In this document: positions 45,201-53,988 of the stretch, piece by piece
How the letters are laid out: each line of letters opens with the position of its first letter
Numbering within the stretch: the stretch's first letter is position 1
NCBI GenBank assembly: GCA_963816735.1
Contig: CAWFLY010000005.1
Span: 294,539 to 358,538, forward strand
Length of the DNA: 64,000 nucleotides
Direction: 5' to 3'
Source: an uncultured Actinomycetes bacterium
Lineage (GTDB): Bacteria; Actinomycetota; Thermoleophilia; Gaiellales; Gaiellaceae
The notes under the pieces: generated by a model
What the model was told of the DNA's origin: nothing
Databases searched by the model: none
What the model saw: only the letters and a program-made list of their open reading frames with translations
Position numbers and translations under genes: made by a program

Positions 45201-45908
45201 TCAGGGCGGGCCAGGCAGCGAGAGGATCTGTTCGGCCGCCAGGAGCAGCAACAACGCGCCTGTTGCGAGCAACCCGTACCGCACACCGCGTGACGAGAAC
45301 TGGGTGCTGATGCCGACGAGGAAGAGCACGCTCGCGAGGACAAGGGTTACGCGCACGTAGTTGTCGCCCGTTCCTGCCGCATTTTGGCCCTGCGCGTAGT
45401 ACGCGTCGGCCTGCGAGTCGAGCGAACGCGAAAGGGCCTCCCCGATCGGTTTGTACTGCGGCATCGACTGCGGTCCCGGCGGCGCGTTCGGGTTCGTGAA
45501 CGGGTGGGTCGCAAGCCAGGCGACGAAAGCGACCTCGAACTGAGGTGGGAAGCGCTTCTCGGCCACGCGCATGCCGTTCTTGTTGCCGGCGATGTAGGCG
45601 CCGAACCAGGCGTTGAAGAGGAGCGCGTCTGCGGTGCGGTAGCCCAGCCCCTCCTGGAAGTAGCGGTTGGCCTTGGTCCGCGTCGCCGACGCCTTGGCGA
45701 GGTTCAGCGACGACTCGGTGCCCCACTTCGCGGCCGAGTAGCCGGACCAGGCCGCAGTGATGGTCACGATCGAGAGCAGCACTGCCCCGGCAAGCGAGAT
45801 CACCCGGTCGTGGCGGCTCGCCCCGGTGTGTCCGTTGGCGTGCTTGGCGTGCTTGGCGTGCTCGCCGATCTCCTTGCCGACCTCAGTTGCAGATAGCCCC
45901 TCGGGCAT
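45201..45908 (-). CDS. DUF4337-like membrane protein
   Basis: EVGKEIGEHAKHAKHANGH..RVISLAGAVLLSIVTITAAWSGYSAAKW, plus a C-terminal TM. The internal ATG 45908 is preferred. Confidence 0.5.
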   Translation of the reverse strand: MPEGLSATEVGKEIGEHAKHAKHANGHTGASRHDRVISLAGAVLLSIVTITAAWSGYSAAKWGTESSLNLAKASATRTKANRYFQEGLGYRTADALLFNAWFGAYIAGNKNGMRVAEKRFPPQFEVAFVAWLATHPFTNPNAPPGPQSMPQYKPIGEALSRSLDSQADAYYAQGQNAAGTGDNYVRVTLVLASVLFLVGISTQFSSRGVRYGLLATGALLLLLAAEQILSLPGPP

Positions 45909-46008
45909 GACGGCTCCGTTCTCGGTTCGCAGTCGACGGACCTGTGCGGCGAACAGGGTCAGACCGCCACGCGGCGGATCTGACCCTGTCATCGAGAGGC
46001 GCTGAAGG

Positions 46009-46341
46009 CTAGGCCTCCTGCGTCTCGTCGGTCTCGAGCTCAGCGAGGTCGATCGCGATGCCGAGCGCGCGCACGATGTTGCCCGTCGCCGACGCGACGC
46101 GTGCCGTTCCCACGATGGGCGCGATCGCAGTGAGGATGCCGCGAACGTCGTCCGCGTCGACGTCGAAGTCGGCGGCCGTGCCGAGGTTGTACAAGTATGA
46201 GACCGGCGGAGCGTCCATCGCCACGAGGGCGGCGATGCGTACGAGCATGACCTGCTCGGGATCGAGGGTCGTCGCCTCGATCGAGTCGGCGGTCATGCTG
46301 GCGAGCAGATCGAGGACTGGTGTCTCGGTCAGTTCCGGCAT
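46009..46341 (-). CDS. Carboxymuconolactone decarboxylase/AhpD-like small protein
   Basis: 111 aa from the ATG with an AAGGAG SD. MLVRIAALVAMDAPPVSY...DVRGILTAIAPIVGTARV. Confidence 0.55.
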   Translation of the reverse strand: MPELTETPVLDLLASMTADSIEATTLDPEQVMLVRIAALVAMDAPPVSYLYNLGTAADFDVDADDVRGILTAIAPIVGTARVASATGNIVRALGIAIDLAELETDETQEA

Positions 46342-46468
46342 GAGGATCTCCTTGTCTCGACGAGCTGTGCGGTCGTCGACGCCGCTACACGGCCCGAAGG
46401 ACCGTCTGCTTGGGGCACGCTCGACGTTACGCCGTCGGCCTCGCGGACGGGCGGGAGGCCGGCCGGAT

Positions 46469-48799
46469 TCACTCAGGTGAACGCGAACGACCGGCTTCAG
46501 CTCGCCCCAGCAGGCCGAGCGCGGTCGCGCGCGCGACGGCATCGGGGCGGGAGTTCGCGCCGAGCTTGCGGTAGAGCGCACGCGTGTGCGACCGGATCGT
46601 GTTGGGGGAGACGAACAGGTGCTCCCCGATCTCACGTGTCGACAGATCGCCGGCCAGCAGCCGGAGGACGGCGAGCTCCGCCTTGCTCGGTCGTTCGAGC
46701 ATCTCTCCGCTGTCGGCGTGAGCCGTTGCCGTCCCGAGCTCCTGTTCGACGTCCTCGACCAACGAGGCTAGTCGGCCGCCGTCCGGGAGCTCCTCGAGTG
46801 CTTTCCGTGCCGCTTGGAGAGTGGCATCCGCCCGGTCGAGGCGGCCGCGTTGGGTTTGCACCCTGGCGAGAAGCACGAGCAGCCAGGCGTGGTGGACGGT
46901 GGCGATCTCGTCCCTGAAGTAGTGCTCCGCGTAGGAGAGCTCGTGCTCGGCCTCCGCGAGCTTTCCCTCGCTTGCGAGGACGGCGCCGAGCGCCGTGGAC
47001 GCGTTTGCGCCGAGCCAGCTGCGGCTGGTGCCGATCCGGCCGACGACCGCCTTCGCCCTCTCGGCATGGCCCCGTGCGGACTCGAGCCACCCGCGCTCGA
47101 CCGCCACGAGCGCCAGTGTCGTCCGGGCGAGCGCATGGCTGGGAGGGCGGTGCTCGATGCTCGGATGCTCGATGACACTGAGGGCGACCTTCCACGCTTC
47201 GTCGAGGCTGCCCGCGAAGTAGAGAGCGAGCGCATACCCGGCAAGGGCGCCCGTGAGGAGCTCGTCCAACCCGGTACGGGCGAGCTCGACCGCGCGACGG
47301 CCGTCCTCGACCGCCCGTGCGACGCCTCCGTCGATCGTGATCGCGCGTTCCACCAGGGCGAACGCTTCGACGTACGGCGTAACACGCTCGGGGCGCTCTG
47401 CCTGCGCCCGCTCGACGATCCGAAGATACCGACGGTGCTCGATGGTGCCCTGACCGGCCATCACCGCGGCCGCCGCGGCGGCTACGGCGAGCTCCGGATG
47501 CTCGAGGACGTTCTCGTCCGGGAGCGGCCGAACCCATCGCAGCAACGTCCTCGTGAGTCCGCTCCTGATCAGCGGCATGTGGTGCTCGGCGAGCAACCGC
47601 GCAACGAGCTCGTCGTCACCCGCCGCAGCGGCGTGCTCGACCGCCTCCACCGGCAGTCCTTGCGACAACAGCCAGTCGGCGGCGCGCAGATGGATCCGTG
47701 CCGCCTCGCCCGGCTTCTGCGCTGAGAATTGAGCAACGGCGAACTCGGCAAACAATGCGTGGGCACGGAACCAGCCCCCTCGCTCCAGCCGGTGGATGAA
47801 CAGGTTCGAGCGCTCCAAGCCGGCCAGTACGGACGCCGAGTCGGTGCGCTCGAGCACAGCGTCGCAGAGTTCGGCGGTGAATCGGCCCAGAACCGAGGCT
47901 CCTTGCAGGAACGAGCGAGTCTCGTCGTCGAGCGACGCGAGGACTTCCTGGCTCAGGTACTCGACCACGAAGCGCTGGTCTCCCCCGAACCCGGACACGG
48001 CCTGGCGCGGGTCATCGACGCCCCGAAGCCAGAGCCCGGCGAGGACGAGCGCAGCGGGCCAGCCCTCGGTCTTCTCGACAAGCAGCTCGATCTCCTCCGC
48101 TCGGAGCTCGACCTGCCCTCGCTCGACGACCAGCTCGTGCGCCTCCGCGGCGGTGAAGGCCAGCTCGTCGGCACGCAGTTCCACGAGAGCGCCCCGAGCA
48201 CGCAGCCGCGCCAACCCGAGCCCGGGATCTGCCCGCGTGATGGCGAGGATGCGTGCGCTCGCCGGCAGATGTCTGAGCGCGAAGTCGATCGAGGCAAGAC
48301 ACTCCCGATCCGTCACCGCCTGAAGGTCGTCGAGCACGAGAGCCATCCCGGTGCCGTACGCGGCGATTGCGTTCATCAGCTCGTCGACGGCATGTTCGAG
48401 GGAGCTCCCCGCCACGCTCAGGGTCTGCAACGCGCTCCGCCCGAGCCCCTGCCGAACCCGATCGACGGCAGTCGCGACATACGTCCACAGCCGAACCGGA
48501 TCGTTGTCACCGTCGTCGAGCGTGACCCACGCGAGGGCGCCCTCCCGGTTCTCGCACCAGGCGCGCACCGCGGTCGTCTTGCCGTAGCCCGCCGGCGCCG
48601 CAACGAGCGTCAGTGGCACGCCTTCGCCCGCGTTGAGCGCCTGCAGAATGCGCGGCCGTTTGACGTGGTCACCACCCGCTCCCGGGGGCTGGAGCTTGGC
48701 CTCGACCAATGGCGGATTGTCGCCTGCTTCTCGGCGGCTACGCCGACCCTTCGCCAGCTCACGTGAATCCATCACCGTCATCGTGACGATTATTGCCAA
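46469..48799 (-). CDS. LuxR-family (LAL/MalT-like) regulator: ATPase, TPR-like and HTH domains
   Basis: Intact 776 aa. Walker A APAGYGKTT, Walker B LVLDDLQ, and the C-terminal LuxR HTH LSTREIGEHLFVSPNTIRSHTRALYRKLG. Confidence 0.85.
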   Translation of the reverse strand: MAIIVTMTVMDSRELAKGRRSRREAGDNPPLVEAKLQPPGAGGDHVKRPRILQALNAGEGVPLTLVAAPAGYGKTTAVRAWCENREGALAWVTLDDGDNDPVRLWTYVATAVDRVRQGLGRSALQTLSVAGSSLEHAVDELMNAIAAYGTGMALVLDDLQAVTDRECLASIDFALRHLPASARILAITRADPGLGLARLRARGALVELRADELAFTAAEAHELVVERGQVELRAEEIELLVEKTEGWPAALVLAGLWLRGVDDPRQAVSGFGGDQRFVVEYLSQEVLASLDDETRSFLQGASVLGRFTAELCDAVLERTDSASVLAGLERSNLFIHRLERGGWFRAHALFAEFAVAQFSAQKPGEAARIHLRAADWLLSQGLPVEAVEHAAAAGDDELVARLLAEHHMPLIRSGLTRTLLRWVRPLPDENVLEHPELAVAAAAAAVMAGQGTIEHRRYLRIVERAQAERPERVTPYVEAFALVERAITIDGGVARAVEDGRRAVELARTGLDELLTGALAGYALALYFAGSLDEAWKVALSVIEHPSIEHRPPSHALARTTLALVAVERGWLESARGHAERAKAVVGRIGTSRSWLGANASTALGAVLASEGKLAEAEHELSYAEHYFRDEIATVHHAWLLVLLARVQTQRGRLDRADATLQAARKALEELPDGGRLASLVEDVEQELGTATAHADSGEMLERPSKAELAVLRLLAGDLSTREIGEHLFVSPNTIRSHTRALYRKLGANSRPDAVARATALGLLGRAEAGRSRSPE

Positions 48800-48886
48800 C
48801 TGACGGCTACCGGCAGGTTAGGGCAGCCCCTGGTGTAGTCGTGGTGTCTGCAGGCGTCCGGTGTCCGTGGATTCCCGGATGCCGAG

Positions 48887-48967
48887 GCGATCGGAATCAC
48901 CAGGGTGATCGGCCTGCGCCTGTCGTGAGCGCCCGGCGGGAGGTGCCATCCTCGGAGCTGTGCCCGG
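48887..48967 (+). repeat. 81-bp conserved non-coding element, copy 1
   Basis: Aligns without gaps to 49579-49659 at 69 of 81 positions. Contains the 14-bp palindrome ATCACCAGGGTGAT (48896-48909) and an SD-like GGGAGG. Ends 23 nt before the lipoprotein ATG. Confidence 0.9.
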
Positions 48968-48990
48968 AATCGACCCGAGGAGGTTTCACG

Positions 48991-49575
48991 ATGACCGTTG
49001 ACCGGAGTGGACAAAGGTCTCCCGCCCGCAGCTGGGCTACCGCCGTGCCGATGCTGGCACTGTTCGCCGTCCTGGCTCTCGTCGCCGCGGGCTGTGGTGG
49101 CAGCAGCAGCTCCGACACGAAGGCGAACGACGCCTACGCGAGCGGCGTTTGCAGCGCAATCGGCACCTGGGTGCAGCAGATCAAGAGCATCACCTCGAGC
49201 GGCTTCACCGGCGGCATCTCCAAGGCAACACTGGACTCGAAGATCGCCCAGGCGGAGACCGCCACCAAGACACTCGCGAAGCAGATCAAGGCCGTTCCCC
49301 CTCCCAATACCTCGGACGGGCAGGCGGCGAAGGCGCAGGTCGATCAGTTCTCGAGCGATGCGGCGAGCACGGCCAGTACCGCACAAACCGCCGTCGCCTC
49401 TATCCCGGCCGACGCCTCGGCCACGACGGTCGCGGTGGCGCTCCTACCGCTCGCGCCGCAGGTCAAGAGCCTCGTGACCACGGCACAGACGACAATCACG
49501 TCGCTCCAGACGGCGAAGAACTCGCTCGCCTCGGCCTTCAAGAGCGCCGACTCCTGCCAGAGCCTCGGCGGCTAG
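48991..49575 (+). CDS. Lipoprotein (lipobox LVAAGC), Ala/Ser/Thr-rich
   Basis: AVPMLALFAVLALVAAGCGGSSSS. ATG 48991 has a GAGGAGG SD. Confidence 0.65.
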   Translation: MTVDRSGQRSPARSWATAVPMLALFAVLALVAAGCGGSSSSDTKANDAYASGVCSAIGTWVQQIKSITSSGFTGGISKATLDSKIAQAETATKTLAKQIKAVPPPNTSDGQAAKAQVDQFSSDAASTASTAQTAVASIPADASATTVAVALLPLAPQVKSLVTTAQTTITSLQTAKNSLASAFKSADSCQSLGG

Positions 49576-49578
49576 CGG

Positions 49579-49659
49579 GCAATCGGAATCATCAGGGTGA
49601 TCGGCTCCCTCCCGTCGTGAGCCCGCGGCGGGAGGTGCCATCCTCGGTGACGTGCCCGG
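49579..49659 (+). repeat. 81-bp conserved non-coding element, copy 2
   Basis: See copy 1. Its 3' end overlaps the GTG start (49652) of the small ORF. CCTCCCG (49608-49614) is complementary to CGGGAGG (49629-49635). Confidence 0.9.
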
Positions 49660-49882
49660 CAGGACGTATCGGCTGATCGTCGCAGGGGAGCTCAGCGACC
49701 AGGTGGGGGCCGCCTTCGAGGGCATGACCCTCACGCGCGCCGACGGGACGACGACGTTGAGCGGACACATCCGCGACCAGTCGCAGCTGCAGGGTCTGCT
49801 GCAGCGCGTCTCCGATCTCGGGCTCACCCTGCTCGAGGTGAAAGGCTCCGAGGCCGAGCCGCCAATAGGATCGCCGTCGTGA
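49652..49882 (+). CDS. Small conserved-looking hypothetical protein (76 aa)
   Basis: YRLIVAGELSDQVGAAFEGMTLTRADGTTTLSGHIRDQSQLQGLLQRVSDLGLTLLEV. Its stop overlaps the MFS GTG start (GTGA). Confidence 0.5.
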   Translation: MPGRTYRLIVAGELSDQVGAAFEGMTLTRADGTTTLSGHIRDQSQLQGLLQRVSDLGLTLLEVKGSEAEPPIGSPS

Positions 49883-51519
49883 CGACCGCACCGACTGCGT
49901 CCTCGGTAGCTGCCAAGGCTTCCGGTCTCGTACTGCTCACGCTGGCATCGGCGCAGTTCGTCATGGCCCTGGACATGACGGTGATGAACACGGCTATCGC
50001 GACGGTCGCCAAAGACGTCGGGACCGATGTGACCGGGATCCAGCTGGCGATCACGCTCTACACGCTGGTGATGGCGTCGTTCATGATCACCGGCGGCAGG
50101 GTCGGGGAGATCATCGGCCGGAAGCGCGCGTTCACGATCGGGTGCGTCGTCTACGCGTGCGGGTCGCTCACGACGGCGCTGTCTCACAGCCTGACGGTGC
50201 TGATCATCGGCTGGTCGTTCCTGGAGGGCTTCGGCGCGGTGCTGATCTTTCCGGCGATCGTCGCGCTCGTCGCCTCGAACTTCGGCAAGCCGGACCGGCC
50301 GCGCGCGTACGGGCTCGTGGCTGCCGCCGGCGCGATGGCCGCCGCGGTCGGGCCGGTGATCGGCGGCTTCTTCACGAGTTATGCGTCGTGGCGGTGGGTG
50401 TTCGTCAGCGAGGTGCTGATCGTGATCGTGATTCTCGCCCTCGCGCGGCGGGTGAACGACACACCGCCCGAGAAGGGCGCCAGGCTCGACCTGGTCGGCA
50501 CGGCACTGTCGGCCGCCGGCCTCGGCCTGATCGTGATCGGCACCTTGAAGTCGGGTGCGTGGGGGTTCGTGCGGGCCAAGTCGGGTGCTCCCGAGTGGCT
50601 CGGGCTCTCACCGGTGATCTGGCTTGTGCTTGCGGGCTGCGTGGTGGTTGGCCTGTTCGCGATGTGGGAGAACCGGCGGATCGCCCGCGGCCAGGCTGCG
50701 CTGATCGACCCGAAGATGCTGCGGAACATCCAGCTGCGCGACGGCGTCACGTCGTTCTTCTTCCTGTTCCTCGTGCAGGCCGGGATCTTCTTCGTCGTGC
50801 CGCTGTTCCTGTCGGTCGCGCTCGGTATGTCGGCGGTCGCGACGGGCATGCATCTGCTGCCGCTCTCGCTGATGTTGCTGCTCTTCGCGGCCGGAGTCCC
50901 CAAGGTGTTCCCGCACGCGAACCCGCGGCTGGTGATCCGGCTCGGCTTCATCGCCATGTTCGGCGGGCTCGTGCTCCTGCTCGCCTTGCTCGACTACGGC
51001 GCCGGAGCGGCGATCGTCACGTGGCCGCTGCTGCTCGCGGGTGCCGGAATCGGCTCGATCGCCTCCCAGCTGGGAGCCGTGACCGTGTCGTCGGTGCCCG
51101 ACGAGCAGAGCGGCGAGGTCGGCGGAATCCAGAACACCGGCACGCAGCTCGGCGCGTCGATCGGCACGGCGCTGGCGGGCGCCGTGCTCATCTCGGCGCT
51201 GACCGCGTCGTTCATTACCGGCGTCCAGAACAACCCGGCCGTCCCCAACCGCGTCGCCGCCCAGGCTCAGACGAACCTCGCCGGCGGCATCCCGTTCATC
51301 TCCGACGCCGACCTGAAGGCCGCGCTCTCCGACGCGCACGTCCCCCCGCGGACCGCCGACGCGATCGTGCAGACGAACGAGCAGAGCCGGATCGACGGGC
51401 TGCGCGTCGCCGTCTCGATCCTCGCGCTCTTCGCGCTCATCGCCCTGCTGTTCACCGGGGGCATCCCGACAACCCAACCCGGCGCCCAACCCAAACCCAA
51501 GAACACGAAGCGGAGGTGA
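49879..51519 (+). CDS. MFS transporter, DHA2 (EmrB/QacA-like, 14-TMS) family
   Basis: Intact 546 aa: LDMTVMNTAIATVAKDVG, GGRVGEIIGRKRAF, and about 14 hydrophobic segments. Confidence 0.85.
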   Translation: MTTAPTASSVAAKASGLVLLTLASAQFVMALDMTVMNTAIATVAKDVGTDVTGIQLAITLYTLVMASFMITGGRVGEIIGRKRAFTIGCVVYACGSLTTALSHSLTVLIIGWSFLEGFGAVLIFPAIVALVASNFGKPDRPRAYGLVAAAGAMAAAVGPVIGGFFTSYASWRWVFVSEVLIVIVILALARRVNDTPPEKGARLDLVGTALSAAGLGLIVIGTLKSGAWGFVRAKSGAPEWLGLSPVIWLVLAGCVVVGLFAMWENRRIARGQAALIDPKMLRNIQLRDGVTSFFFLFLVQAGIFFVVPLFLSVALGMSAVATGMHLLPLSLMLLLFAAGVPKVFPHANPRLVIRLGFIAMFGGLVLLLALLDYGAGAAIVTWPLLLAGAGIGSIASQLGAVTVSSVPDEQSGEVGGIQNTGTQLGASIGTALAGAVLISALTASFITGVQNNPAVPNRVAAQAQTNLAGGIPFISDADLKAALSDAHVPPRTADAIVQTNEQSRIDGLRVAVSILALFALIALLFTGGIPTTQPGAQPKPKNTKRR

Positions 51520-51524
51520 GCACG

Positions 51525-51983
51525 ATGGATGAGAAGCAGATCGCAGAGCTCGAAGCCGAGCAATCGATGTTCGTGCAGACAGCGCAGGGCATCACGAGCG
51601 ACGGCGGGACCCTCACGCTCCAAGGGATCACGCCCTCGACGCTTTATTTCTCCGACCGGCCCCAGCGGGTCGTCGGGCACATGAGCACGACGGACTTCGT
51701 CGACCTGTGGGACGAAGGCGACAACAGCTTCGAGGCCGACCCGCCGAACGCGGTGCTCGCGTTCCTCCAGCCGGGCGACGAGGTGCCCGAGGACGCGGTG
51801 GTGGTGATCCAGGAGCCGCGCCTCGACGACGGTGAGCTCTCGTACTCGATCGAGGTCCTCGACGGGAAGGTTCCGGCGACGGCCGGGCCGGTCACGCTGT
51901 TCATCGACCCGTTCGGCAGGCCGCTCTCGCCCGTGTCGGTGTGCGGCATGCGGAGGCGCGAACGGAGGCGCGATCGGCGCTGA
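51525..51983 (+). CDS. Hypothetical 152-aa protein with an Arg-rich tail
   Basis: ATG 51525 has a GGAGG SD 8 nt upstream. STLYFSDRPQRVVGHMSTTDFVDLW. No family named. Confidence 0.55.
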   Translation: MDEKQIAELEAEQSMFVQTAQGITSDGGTLTLQGITPSTLYFSDRPQRVVGHMSTTDFVDLWDEGDNSFEADPPNAVLAFLQPGDEVPEDAVVVIQEPRLDDGELSYSIEVLDGKVPATAGPVTLFIDPFGRPLSPVSVCGMRRRERRRDRR

Positions 51984-52006
51984 CGGGTGAGAATACCGGC
52001 CTGGCG

Positions 52007-52867
52007 ATGAGCAGCCCCGAGACGACATCCGGACATGCTCGTCTCCGGGCCGTGCACGATTGGCTGGGCCGCCGAGCCGACACGAGCGCCGGCCGGCTGG
52101 CGTTGCAGTGGTTCCGCGCCTACTTCGCGGCGAGCCGCAGCTCCGGGTGCGCGGTGACCGTGTACTCGACGCTGTCGGTGCTCCCGGCCGTGCTCGTGTT
52201 CGCTGCCGTCCTCCACCCGTCGAGCGGGGACACGACTGTCTTCGCACAACGTCTGGTCACCCACCTGAAGCTGAACGGAGACAGCGCCAGCCTCGTCCAG
52301 GGCACGTTCGGCAACGCTTCGTCGAACGCCCTGGCGGCGAGCCTTACGGTGTTCGTCAGCTTCCTTCTGTGGGGCATAGGCATCGGCCAGATCTACCAGG
52401 ACGTCTACGCACGCGCCTGGGGGATCAAGGTCAACTCGCTGGCCGACCAGGGATTGTTCGCGATCTTCTTCTTCGTCCTCACCGGCGTCCTCGCGCTCGC
52501 CGTCCTCGCGTCCGCGCGGTTGCACGAGACGGGCTGGCTCGTGCTGATACCCGTTTGGCTCGTCGGCTCGACCGTGTTCTGGCTCTGGGTGCCGCGGTTC
52601 CTGCTGCACCGGAGGATCGGGCTGCGCGCGCTGCTGCCCGGCGCGCTGCTCGCCTCCGTCGTGGTCGGTGGGACGGCCGCCACCTCGCCATTCTTTCTGG
52701 CAGCTCCGTTGAACGCGAACGGCAGGACATTCGGCGCGTTCGGGGTGGTGATCACGTTCATCGGCGCAGTGTTCGTGCTGATCACGATTTCGCTGGTGTG
52801 CGCGGTCTTCTCGCCCGTGTGGGCGAACTGGCGCGAGACGGAGAAGGAACGCCACAGCACGCCGTGA
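52007..52867 (+). CDS. YihY/BrkB family membrane protein (paralog 2)
   Basis: Intact, multi-TM, FGAFGVVITFIGAVFVLITISLV. Homologous in layout to 40669-41616. Confidence 0.7.
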   Translation: MSSPETTSGHARLRAVHDWLGRRADTSAGRLALQWFRAYFAASRSSGCAVTVYSTLSVLPAVLVFAAVLHPSSGDTTVFAQRLVTHLKLNGDSASLVQGTFGNASSNALAASLTVFVSFLLWGIGIGQIYQDVYARAWGIKVNSLADQGLFAIFFFVLTGVLALAVLASARLHETGWLVLIPVWLVGSTVFWLWVPRFLLHRRIGLRALLPGALLASVVVGGTAATSPFFLAAPLNANGRTFGAFGVVITFIGAVFVLITISLVCAVFSPVWANWRETEKERHSTP

Positions 52868-52874
52868 CTCTCGC

Positions 52875-53399
52875 CTACGGAACGGGCAGTCGATTGCCGA
52901 GATCGCGGAGCATCGACTCGACACGCTTGAGGTCCGTGGCGAGCTCGTCCAGCCGCCCCTCGAGGCGCGAGTCCTGCGCCGCATCGTCCGCATCTGTCGC
53001 CTGAGCACGTTCGCTTTGGGCGCGCGTGACGAAGGTCGACGTGATCGCGGCCGTGACGATCGCCAAGAAGGCGATACCTTCCAACATCACGAATACACCG
53101 ACGAGCCTGCCGGCGACGTCTTTCGGTGTGACGTCGCCATAGCCGACGGTCGTCACCGTCTGGATCGACCACCACATTCCGACCCAGACATTCGCGTACT
53201 CGCGGTGGTCGAGTACCCGGATCAAGATGCCACCGCCGACGACGACCGCCGCCGTGGCCATGACGATCACGCTCGCGGCAATCCGGATCGAGGGCGGCTC
53301 GCGCAGGAACTTCGACAAGCGCCGCTCGACCAGACTCGCTGGAGCGGCGCGAACCTTCCGGCCGGCGTCGGCGATCGGCTTGCGGCGCGGACTCGTCAC
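52875..53399 (-). CDS. Two-TM potassium channel (pore-only)
   Basis: Selectivity filter TVGYGD in WWSIQTVTTVGYGDVTP, flanked by two TM helices. The GTG 53399 start is tentative. Confidence 0.75.
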   Translation of the reverse strand: MTSPRRKPIADAGRKVRAAPASLVERRLSKFLREPPSIRIAASVIVMATAAVVVGGGILIRVLDHREYANVWVGMWWSIQTVTTVGYGDVTPKDVAGRLVGVFVMLEGIAFLAIVTAAITSTFVTRAQSERAQATDADDAAQDSRLEGRLDELATDLKRVESMLRDLGNRLPVP

Positions 53400-53455
53400 C
53401 GAATTTCGCCGACTCTCACCTCGAGCAAGGTACGCCCGAGATCGGACACGCCCAA

Positions 53456-53824
53456 CTACCGGGCCTGGTCGTTCCTTCTCTCCCTCAACCGATTCCACGG
53501 CCACACGCCGTCGATCTCGACGTCGAGCGAGAAGCTGAGCAGGATCCGGATCAGGACGATGATTCCGAGCACGGTCACGCTCTGGAAGGTCTGATCGACG
53601 ACGACGGTGCGGACGATGTCCGCGACGATGAGCACTTCGAGCCCGAGCAGAATGCACCGGCCGAGATTGCGGCGAAGCCGTTCGTACGACCCAGCTCGTC
53701 TCGCGTCTGTGGCTGCGTCGCGCAGAAACGAGAGGAACGCGCCCAGTCCACCGAGGACCATGATGGCTGTGCCGACCGTCTCGACGACCTTGACGACCAC
53801 CGAAATCCGCTGCTCGTAGCTCAC
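53456..53824 (-). CDS. DUF1622 membrane protein
   Basis: RRNLGRCILLGLEVLIVADIVRTV...LGIIVLIRILLSFSLDVE. GTG 53824 was chosen because the longer ORF runs through the tRNA gene. Confidence 0.65.
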   Translation of the reverse strand: MSYEQRISVVVKVVETVGTAIMVLGGLGAFLSFLRDAATDARRAGSYERLRRNLGRCILLGLEVLIVADIVRTVVVDQTFQSVTVLGIIVLIRILLSFSLDVEIDGVWPWNRLRERRNDQAR

Positions 53825-53872
53825 GGACGAGAGGCTACTCCCATCAACGAGACGCCCTGCGGTCTGATCCGA

Positions 53873-53944
53873 TGCCCCCGGCATGAATCGAACATGCGCA
53901 CGCGGTTTAGGAAACCACTGCTCTATCCACTGAGCTACGGGGGC
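53873..53944 (-). tRNA. tRNA-Arg (anticodon CCU), 72 nt, CCA not encoded
   Basis: Minus-strand fold: GCCCCCG-TA-GCTC-AGTGGATA-GAGC-A-GTGGT-TTCCTAA-ACCGC-GTGC-GCATG-TTCGATT-CATGC-CGGGGGC-A. All four stems pair (one G-U). Confidence 0.9.
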
Positions 53945-53988
53945 TCGGCGGACATTGTGCCGAGTGACCGGAGCTAGAGTCACCTGCG

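Larger units (their letters stand above)
40636..53944. mobile_element. Putative tRNA-Arg-associated genomic island or remnant (about 13.2 kb) with no integrase detected
   Basis: Bounded by the intact tRNA and the displaced copy of its 3' half, in the arrangement expected after site-specific integration. Cargo is membrane and stress-type genes. No recombinase motif appears in any listed ORF. Confidence 0.4.

Noticed and set aside
45837-45863. A 9-bp tandem repeat (GGCGTGCTT, about 3 copies).
   Set aside because: It lies inside the DUF4337-like CDS and simply encodes (AKH)n in the His-rich N-terminus. It is not an independent repeat element.
48887-49659. Possible identity of the 81-bp elements with a known riboswitch (guanidine-III/ykkC-III, fluoride and others), given the downstream MFS pump.
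   Set aside because: Only a fortuitous CCCGGCAGGAC resemblance in copy 2. The conserved ACGR/pseudoknot pairing of guanidine-III and the cores of the other classes I can recall are absent. The element is kept as an unclassified finding.
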